Source of the DNA: Patescibacteria group bacterium
Lineage (GTDB): Bacteria > Patescibacteriota > Patescibacteriia > SG8-24
DNA: 64,000 bases
Assembly: GCA_041667185.1 (NCBI GenBank)
Contig: JBAYFM010000009.1
Span: 351 to 64,350 of the forward strand
Direction of reading: 5' to 3'
Every line of letters begins with the position of its first letter. Position 1 is the first letter of the stretch. Positions 57,493 to 64,000 of this stretch are shown one piece after another. The position numbers were made by a program, and so were the translations under genes. The notes beneath the pieces were generated by a model. That model had not been told where the DNA came from and did not search any database. It worked only from the letters and a program-made list of their open reading frames with translations.

Positions 57493-57690
57493 GTCTGACC
57501 TCCATCCTCGGTACGCTGGCGCGGCATCGAGCCTGGCTCGACAACGCCCCAGTCTCCCTGCGGACAGTCTGCGGAATCCGCCGCAGGCGGCGCGTTCAGA
57601 ACCGGCGGAACCACCCGTCTGATCCGAACGACACCATAAATTGACACCGAACCCGGCTGTTGTCAATGCGCGCGCTCGGCGCGTCTATAC

Positions 57691-57720
57691 AAAACCGCCG
57701 AGCTGGGCTCGACGGTTTTG
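57691..57720 (-). terminator. Terminator downstream of the repeat-peptide gene
   Basis: AAAACCGCCGAGC-TGG-GCTCGACGGTTTT. Confidence 0.7.
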
Positions 57721-57750
57721 TATAATCAGAGTTGCTGGACGACAATCTCT

Positions 57751-58155
57751 TTACAGCATCCGCTGAGAGTTGAGACTCAGCATCCGCTGAGAGTTGAGAC
57801 TCAGCATCCGCTGAGAGTTGAGACTCAAACCACTGGTGGTGAAACGATTCTGGATAGCCAGACCACTGGTGGTGAAACGATTCTGGATAGCCAGACCACT
57901 GGTGGTGAAACGATTCTGGATAGCCAGACCACTGGTGGTGAAACGATTCTGGATAGCCAGGATGCTGTTGTTGAAGCGGTTCTGGATAGCACCGCTCAGC
58001 ATCCGCTGGGAGTTGAGGGTCAAGTGACCACAGCAAAAGCGATTCTGAATGCTCAGAAAACCGCCACCGAAGCGATTCTGAACAGCACCCAAAATGACGA
58101 GCGAACCGACGATCACGCCGGCGACCACCATCGCTCCCAAGATCCTTTTATTCAT
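57751..58155 (-). CDS. Secreted multi-repeat peptide precursor (7 x [IV]QNRF, 4 x LNSQRML)
   Basis: Signal-peptide-like N-terminus; synonymous codon variation among cores in this frame; TAGACG-N17-TATGAT upstream. Confidence 0.75.
   Translation of the reverse strand: MNKRILGAMVVAGVIVGSLVILGAVQNRFGGGFLSIQNRFCCGHLTLNSQRMLSGAIQNRFNNSILAIQNRFTTSGLAIQNRFTTSGLAIQNRFTTSGLAIQNRFTTSGLSLNSQRMLSLNSQRMLSLNSQRML
57754..57960. repeat. Coding tandem repeats: 24-bp x3 and 33-bp x4
   Basis: CAGCATCCGCTGAGAGTTGAGACT x3; ACCACTGGTGGTGAAACGATTCTGGATAGCCAG x4; no spacers. Confidence 0.95.
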
Positions 58156-58375
58156 AGTTATATGCATTCATTAAAACCTGATGAATTAGAGCCTAATTAT
58201 CCATAATTACATCTCGTTCTTAAAAAAGAATAAAAAAATAATCCAACGTAATCATACCCCTTTTTTACCAGGGCGTCTACAAATCCAAACAGGCCGCTTT
58301 TCCCGGCTAATTCTTGAACCAAACTAATGCAAAGAAAAACTTTAAAAACGGCGCCATCAGGCGCCGTTTTATCTT

Positions 58376-58430
58376 CCTGACTCCGCCGCGTCGTTCGTGA
58401 ACGACGCGACTCCGTCTCTCCCTCACTCCT
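58376..58430. repeat. Variant 24-bp palindrome (58386-58409) in a CTCCG duplication
   Basis: CTCCG-CCGCGTCGTTCGTGAACGACGCGA-CTCCG. Confidence 0.8.
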
Positions 58431-61400
58431 CAAGAACACCCGCTCGTCGAGCCGCAATTCAGGCACTTGTAGCAAGCGCCGTTCCGCACCATCATCGCCC
58501 CGCAAGTGAAGCAAGCCGGCGCGTCGGAATGATTGTCGAATCCGGCTGTGAGCGCGTCAGAACTGTCGGCCAGCTCCGGATCCCGCCGCTCGCGAGCGGC
58601 CGGTTGGATATCAGACAGATTCAGTTGCTCCGGCGGCGGCACGGCGGCCGCCTGGGCGGCGGCGGAATCAGCGGCGGCTTCGGCAGCCGAGGAAGCGCGC
58701 ACGTCGGACTCCCCCGCCTCGTGGATGGTCTGGACGTCGAGATGCACCCCGGCGGCGATCTGATCTTCAAGCGGCAGGAACTTCATGGCCAGCCAGCGGA
58801 ACATGTAATCAACGAGCGACTTCGCGATGCGGATGTGGGGATTGGTCGTGAAACCCGACGGCTCGAACCGGACATGGATGAACTTGTTGACCATCACCCG
58901 CAGCGGCACGCCGTACTGGAGCGCGATCGAGGTCGAGAGCGCTAGTGCATCCATGAGGCCAGAGATCACCGAACCACCCTTGGCCATACGCAAGAAAATC
59001 TCGCCCGGCGTGCCGTCGTCATAGAGGCCGACGGTGATGTAACCCTCGTGCCCGGCGACCGAGAACTTGTGCGTGATGGACTTGCGTTCGTCCGGCAAGC
59101 GGCGGCGCAGCGGCAAATGGCCGCCCCGGCCCGCTTCGGGCGAAACGATGGGCGCAACCGGCGCTGCGGCCGACGCCATAACCGGCGCTTCGCGGCGTTC
59201 GGCTGGCTTAGCCGCCGCCTCTTCCTTCTTCTCTTCTTTGCCGGACGAAGTGGTCAGCACTTGCTGGCCCTTCGAACCGTCGCGATAAACGGCGATGGAC
59301 TTGAGGCCGATCTTCCAGGCCTCGATGAACACCTTCTCGATGTCCTCCGGAGTCGCTTCAGCCGGCATGTTGACGGTCTTCGAAATCGCGCCCGACAGGA
59401 ACGGCTGGACCGCGGCCATCATCTTGATGTGGCCTTCGTAGCTGATGAAGCGCTTACCCTTGGCCGGCTTGAACGCGCAATCAAAGACGCGGCAGTGCTC
59501 TTCCTTCAATCCCGGAGCGCCCTCGATGGTGTCGTTCTTGTCGAGATGATCGAGGATGGCGGCGCGCTCGGCGTCGGAATAACCGAGCCGGGTCAGCGCC
59601 TCGGGCACGGTCTGGTTGACGATCTTCATGAGACCGCCGCCCACCAGCCACTTGTATTTGACGAGCGCGATATCCGGTTCGATGCCGGTCGTGTCGCAAT
59701 CCATCATGAAGCCGATGGTGCCGGTGGGCGCCAAGAGCGAGACCTGGGCGTTGCGGTAGCCGTGGCCGAGCCCGTGCTCCAAAGCGTTATCCCAGGCGTG
59801 GCGCGACTCGACGACGAGTTCGTCAGGCACGCCGGCGTCAGCGGAGGCATACGCGCGATCGCGATGCATCCCGATGACCTTAAGGAAGGGTTTTTCGTTG
59901 AACCGGAAGAACGCGAATGGCCCCTGAGCCTCGGCGAGCCGGGCCGACTGATAGTAGGCCTGGCCGGTCATGAGCGAGGTCACGGCGGCGGCGTAATTGC
60001 GGCCCTCGTCGGAATCGTAAGCCAGGCCGCGCGACATCAGGAGGGCGCCGAGATTGGCGTAGCCGATGCCGAGCGCCCGGAAATCCGTGCTCTTCTGTTC
60101 GATGGCCGGCGTCGGATAACCGGCGTTGTCAACGATGATCTCCTGCGCGGTGATGATGAGCGCCACGGCGTGTTTGACGGCCTCGGCATCGAGCTCGCCG
60201 TCCGGCCGGCGGAACTTCATGAGATTCAGCGAAGCCAGGTTGCAGGAGCTGTCATCGAGGAACATGTACTCGGAACAGGGATTGGAACCGTTGATGCGGC
60301 CGGAATTGGCCACCGGATTCCAGCGGTTCACGGTCGTGTCGTACTGGAGTCCCGGATCGCCGCACTCCCAGGCCGCTTTGGCCATCTTGCCCAAGAGCTC
60401 GCGAGCCTTGAGCGTCTCGACCGTATCGCCCGTGGTCACGGCCTTGGTCTGCCACTCCCCATCCTCGACGCACGCGTGCATGAAATCATCCGTGACGCGC
60501 ACGCTGTTATTGGCGTTCTGGAAGAAGACCGAAGCATAGGCGTCGCCGTCGATGGAACCGTCATAGCCGGCGCCGATCAGCGCCTTGGCTTTGCGTTCTT
60601 CGCGGGTCTTGCAGGTGATGAAATCCTCGATGTCCGGATGGTCGACGTTCAGGATGACCATCTTAGCCGCGCGGCGGGTCTTGCCGCCGGATTTGATGAC
60701 CCCGGCGAAAGCGTCGTAGCCCTTCATGAACGAGACCGGACCCGAGGCTTTGCCGTTCGAATGGGCCAACATCTCCTTCGACGAACGCAGGGCTGACAGG
60801 TTGGTGCCGGTGCCGGAGCCATACTTGAAGAGCATGCCCTCGGTGACGGTCAGGTTCAGGATGGAGCGCATGTCGTCGCGGACCGAATTAATGAAGCAGG
60901 CCGAGCACTGCGGCTTCGGACCGGCGCCGACGTTGAACCAGACCGGGCTGTTGAAAGCGGCGGCCTGATTGACGAGAAGATGCGTGAGTTCGGCGTCGAA
61001 CGTTTCGGCGTCGGCCTCGGTGGCGAAGTAGCCGCCGGTCACGCCCCACTCGGTGATGGTTTTCACGACGCGATCGACGAGCTGCCGCACCGACCACTCG
61101 CGATCGGCGCCGCCGATCTTGCCGCGGAAATATTTCGAAGCGACGATGTTGGTCGCGCCCTGGCTCCAGGAAGCCGGCACTTCGACGCCGCGCTGCTCGA
61201 AAACCGAAACACCCTTGTCATTCTTGATGATAGCGTCGCGCTGTTCCCAGGCGATCTCGTCGTAGGGATGGGTGCCGAGGCGAGTGTAGCGGCGGCGGAA
61301 CCTGACGCCGAGGCCGGAACCGGCCGCGGTCTTGCTGACCGGCATCTCCGCCAGTAGAAAACGTTTAGCGGCATAGGCCAGGTTGTTGTCGATGAGAATG

Positions 61401-61720
61401 GTGGCAATGATCCGGTCGATGTCGACCGACCGCGGGATCTCGAGCGCGCCGAACTGGCGGTCGATCCGGGACACGGCCTGATGCGTGAGCTGTGCGAGCG
61501 ACGCTTCGTCGTTCACGCCCGACTCCTTCAGGACCGCGGCGAGCGCCGAACCGACGGCCGCCGGAGAGAAATCCAGCGTGCTGCCGTCCGGCAGGCGGAT
61601 CTTCTTCACGCGCGACAGTCCGGAGATCTGGGCGACGACGGCTTCGACGACGCGCTGGTTGTCCTTGGCCGGCGTTTTTTCCGGCAAATTTCCCGACCAG
61701 CCCGAGAGAGCATGTTCCAT
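58430..61720 (-). CDS. nrdJ: Class II (adenosylcobalamin-dependent) ribonucleotide reductase with degenerate N-terminal ATP-cone, TSCPD domain and Zn ribbon
   Basis: FNSPVWFN, CSACFI, NPCSE, CNLASLNL, APTGTI, SKTVN, YRDGSK, terminal CxxC...CxxC. Confidence 0.95.
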   Translation of the reverse strand: MEHALSGWSGNLPEKTPAKDNQRVVEAVVAQISGLSRVKKIRLPDGSTLDFSPAAVGSALAAVLKESGVNDEASLAQLTHQAVSRIDRQFGALEIPRSVDIDRIIATILIDNNLAYAAKRFLLAEMPVSKTAAGSGLGVRFRRRYTRLGTHPYDEIAWEQRDAIIKNDKGVSVFEQRGVEVPASWSQGATNIVASKYFRGKIGGADREWSVRQLVDRVVKTITEWGVTGGYFATEADAETFDAELTHLLVNQAAAFNSPVWFNVGAGPKPQCSACFINSVRDDMRSILNLTVTEGMLFKYGSGTGTNLSALRSSKEMLAHSNGKASGPVSFMKGYDAFAGVIKSGGKTRRAAKMVILNVDHPDIEDFITCKTREERKAKALIGAGYDGSIDGDAYASVFFQNANNSVRVTDDFMHACVEDGEWQTKAVTTGDTVETLKARELLGKMAKAAWECGDPGLQYDTTVNRWNPVANSGRINGSNPCSEYMFLDDSSCNLASLNLMKFRRPDGELDAEAVKHAVALIITAQEIIVDNAGYPTPAIEQKSTDFRALGIGYANLGALLMSRGLAYDSDEGRNYAAAVTSLMTGQAYYQSARLAEAQGPFAFFRFNEKPFLKVIGMHRDRAYASADAGVPDELVVESRHAWDNALEHGLGHGYRNAQVSLLAPTGTIGFMMDCDTTGIEPDIALVKYKWLVGGGLMKIVNQTVPEALTRLGYSDAERAAILDHLDKNDTIEGAPGLKEEHCRVFDCAFKPAKGKRFISYEGHIKMMAAVQPFLSGAISKTVNMPAEATPEDIEKVFIEAWKIGLKSIAVYRDGSKGQQVLTTSSGKEEKKEEAAAKPAERREAPVMASAAAPVAPIVSPEAGRGGHLPLRRRLPDERKSITHKFSVAGHEGYITVGLYDDGTPGEIFLRMAKGGSVISGLMDALALSTSIALQYGVPLRVMVNKFIHVRFEPSGFTTNPHIRIAKSLVDYMFRWLAMKFLPLEDQIAAGVHLDVQTIHEAGESDVRASSAAEAAADSAAAQAAAVPPPEQLNLSDIQPAARERRDPELADSSDALTAGFDNHSDAPACFTCGAMMVRNGACYKCLNCGSTSGCS

Positions 61721-61886
61721 AGTTTCTGGTGAATTCCAAGTTTAAGGATTACGGCATTTTAACCGAGTATGCGAGACACCGCAAATCCCGCCGTCGGGAC
61801 GCCGATGCTGGTCGGAATAACTGTCAAGTCGCATTTTTCGCCGGTAAAAAAATGTCAACGAAAACTCACCGAACTGAAATCCGGAG

Positions 61887-62075
61887 TCTGATATTCCAAC
61901 CGCTTTCATTCGCTGCAGCCCACCAACCTGCGCTAAAGCTGCGGATGGCGATAGCTGGGCAGATATCTAGAGCCGCTGACATGTCTGACCGCAATGCCCT
62001 CCGAAGTCTGTGGGACGGCGGATCTTAATATCCCGAGTTGACGCTCGGGATAGAATCAAAGTGGCGAAAAAAAAA
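61887..62075. repeat. Composite intergenic element, copy C
   Basis: TCTGATATTCxxACCGCTTTCRTTCGCYGCAGCC left end and TCTTAATATCCCGAGYTGACGCTCGGGAT right end shared with copy A. Confidence 0.78.
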
Positions 62076-62124
62076 TCGACCCGAGAAGCGGGTCGATACT
62101 GGCATAGCGTTCCTCGTCCGGCGC

Positions 62125-62592
62125 TCAGGGCGACCAGACATCGACGCCTTCGGGCAGGTCCTCGCGACAACAAACGAGACGGACTTCCTTAAGGCACTCC
62201 TGATAAACGGAACTGCCATCACCGTCGAAATACTGCGGATGCGCGATGGCACCAGCGCAATCCTTGGTGTCCCGATAAACGAAGGTCACTTGCGGATCGC
62301 AGCTATTCTTAACGATCTGGACCAAGGCCTTTTCTTCCGGCACTGCGGTCATCAAGGTCGCTTCGTCGTCAGACTGGCGCCAAACGAATTGCAGGGCGGT
62401 CCGGAAAGATCCATCCGACTGAAGATCATGGATCATGACGAAGACCGGCCGATACGGGTTGTCGGAGTCGCCGATAGGCACCCTGACAAGCTGGTAAGGC
62501 CCGACTTCGACGGCGTCCGGCTCGCAACCGACAACGGACAATGACAACGCGATAACGACTGAGGATGCGAACAGACTTCTCACAGCTCTCAT
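62125..62592 (-). CDS. Putative lipoprotein
   Basis: SD AAGGAGGT; signal peptide ending VVGC. Confidence 0.65.
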   Translation of the reverse strand: MRAVRSLFASSVVIALSLSVVGCEPDAVEVGPYQLVRVPIGDSDNPYRPVFVMIHDLQSDGSFRTALQFVWRQSDDEATLMTAVPEEKALVQIVKNSCDPQVTFVYRDTKDCAGAIAHPQYFDGDGSSVYQECLKEVRLVCCREDLPEGVDVWSP

Positions 62593-62687
62593 CAGGCACC
62601 TCCTTGCAGAAAGAACCTGCTTGTTCGGCCTCGCGCCGAACACGGGCATCTAACACCCGCATTAGCCAACGGTCAATCTCTGATTTA

Positions 62688-62960
62688 GGAGTATGGGAGA
62701 GTGCGGAAGTGCTGGAGTACTGGAGTGCTGGAGTCAGGGAGAGACGAAGATAAGGAATGCTGGATTCCCGCCTCCCCCTCCGTCCAATGGACTGCAGGGG
62801 ACAGGTCGCGAGAATGACATCGGGGAGAGATATCGACGCATTGGTTGACCGAATAGTCTGACCTTTTAATCAAAAAACGCGGCCGCAGCCGCGTCACTCC
62901 ACAACTCCCGCACTCCTGCACTCTCCAGCTCTCCGTCCCTCCCTGACTCCCCAACTCCTC
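62688..62960. repeat. Octamer arrays (62688-62755, 62895-62960) enclosing an interrupted palindrome at 62760-62818
   Basis: GGAGTRCT units, then CTGGATTCCCGCCT[insert]TCGCGAGAATGAC, then CACTCC units. Confidence 0.75.
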
Positions 62961-63534
62961 AAAACGGCATCGTCAGATTGATCGCCGTCTCCACCGGCGC
63001 GGGTTCGAAATTCACCGCGACCGGCATGAGCCGCCCAGCGCGGTCCTTGAACTTGATCGCTTTGTTCGCGAGGCCGTACTCATAGACCTCCTTGGTCACT
63101 TTGACGTCCTGCTGGCAGTACTCCCGCAGCTTCTCGAGTTCGCCGCGGCGGAAGAACTCGATCGCCTGCAGCCCGTTGCCGCTCTTGCCGACGCCGAGCG
63201 AACCGTGGGCCACGTCGTCGAGCTTGAGCCGGAAACCGAGGACCTTCTCGATCTCGAGCATGATGTCGAGCGTCGGGAACTTGGAGAGGTCGCCGGGATA
63301 ATAGGTGTTCAGTACGCGATAATCGAATCCGAAAAGGTTATAGCCGATGATGCGGTCGGCGGCTTCGAGATGACGCCAGAGTTTCGGCAGGTCCGCTTCG
63401 AAAAAAGCTTCGTAGGAATCGGTCGCATACGAATAGATCACGACGAGCGAAACCTTAAGCAGGGACGGGTCGTACTTGCCCACGTCCGCGAAACTATTGC
63501 TGGTCTCGATGTCGAGAACGATCTCGTTGCGCAT
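62959..63534 (-). CDS. DEDD/RNase H-like 3'-5' exonuclease domain protein
   Basis: LDIET, IGYNxxxFD, KLDDVA, YCQQDV. Confidence 0.88.
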   Translation of the reverse strand: MRNEIVLDIETSNSFADVGKYDPSLLKVSLVVIYSYATDSYEAFFEADLPKLWRHLEAADRIIGYNLFGFDYRVLNTYYPGDLSKFPTLDIMLEIEKVLGFRLKLDDVAHGSLGVGKSGNGLQAIEFFRRGELEKLREYCQQDVKVTKEVYEYGLANKAIKFKDRAGRLMPVAVNFEPAPVETAINLTMPF

Positions 63535-63620
63535 ATATCATTCGTGGCGGAAGACAACTTAGCACGCGGCCGGTCAGGCCGCAAACCGCTGGTCAGAGGA
63601 GCTGGTCCGAAAACCGGACT

Positions 63621-63776
63621 TCAGCCGCTGCAGCCGCACTTGCACTCGCGGACGTCGTGCTCGCTATGGCCGCAACTGACGCAGAACTTTTCCAATTCCA
63701 CTTCGGCGGCACACCCGCAGATGCAGGTACCGTCGTCCTCGTGATCGTGTTCGCAAACCGGACAGTGAAGACCCAT
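63621..63776 (-). CDS. Metallothionein-like / Zn-binding 51-aa protein (not in ORF track)
   Basis: MGLHCPVCEHDHEDDGTCICGCAAEVELEKFCVSCGHSEHDVRECKCGCSG; 10 Cys and 5 His in two repeats. Confidence 0.75.
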   Translation of the reverse strand: MGLHCPVCEHDHEDDGTCICGCAAEVELEKFCVSCGHSEHDVRECKCGCSG

Positions 63777-63809
63777 AAAAGGCGTCGATCCGAAAATAAT
63801 AATTCGAAT

Positions 63810-64000
63810 TTATCTGAGACTGGCACGCAGCTCTTCGACCCGTTCCCGGACGATGCTCGCGGCCGTGGCCTGGTCGCTTGCGGCTTCGAGACGCCGCGCA
63901 AGCACACTGTCGCCGATGACCTCCTGGACCCAGGCGGCGAAATCGTTCTTCTGGCCGCTCGCGTGGTAAGCGTAGATGTCCGCGTTCACGGCGGCGAGTC
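63810..64000 (-). CDS. DUF5752-like protein, C-terminal part (runs off window end)
   Basis: YAYHASGQKNDFAAWVQEVIGDSVLARRL. Confidence 0.65.
   Translation of the reverse strand, partial: LAAVNADIYAYHASGQKNDFAAWVQEVIGDSVLARRLEAASDQATAASIVRERVEELRASLR

Noticed and set aside
57754-57960. CRISPR array
   Set aside because: Repeats are head-to-tail with no unique spacers, lengths are multiples of 3, and no cas genes are present
57718-58206. Plus-strand ORF (HPLRVETQ/TTGGETILDSQ repeats)
   Set aside because: Signal peptide, promoter and synonymous variation all favour the minus-strand frame
58430-61720. Intein or intron in nrdJ
   Set aside because: Catalytic motifs are contiguous; extra length is explained by terminal domains and Ala/Pro-rich linkers
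61721-61900. Cobalamin riboswitch or NrdR boxes upstream of nrdJ
   Set aside because: No B12-box or NrdR palindrome recognised by eye

Overview
High-GC bacterial chromosomal window whose gene content (short YidC, DUF192, DUF5671, CxxC-x17-CxxC protein, sortase, many orphan ORFs, core genes mostly lacking Shine-Dalgarno sites) points to a Patescibacteria/CPR genome; this taxonomy is inferred, not looked up. Recognisable genes: rplU start, WecA/TagO-type transferase, yidC, murF, class B PBP, rarA, tRNA-Glu(CTC), tRNA-Pro(CGG), class II ribonucleotide reductase near btuR, and several proteases (Lon-like, M50, two S41, HtrA). These are interleaved with many single-gene accessory units. No integrase, transposase, reverse transcriptase or CRISPR array was seen. 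The strongest unexplained signals are: (1) about a dozen accessory genes share a leader with a boxA-like GYTCTTT motif and a strong SD, most downstream of a TTGAC-N17-TAAGGT-like promoter; (2) a secreted multi-core peptide precursor with 7 QNRF and 4 LNSQRML repeats; (3) several families of intergenic repeats that bound genes as direct repeats, including a 24-bp palindrome seen in both filled (5-bp target duplication) and empty sites. All family assignments come from motif recognition by eye.
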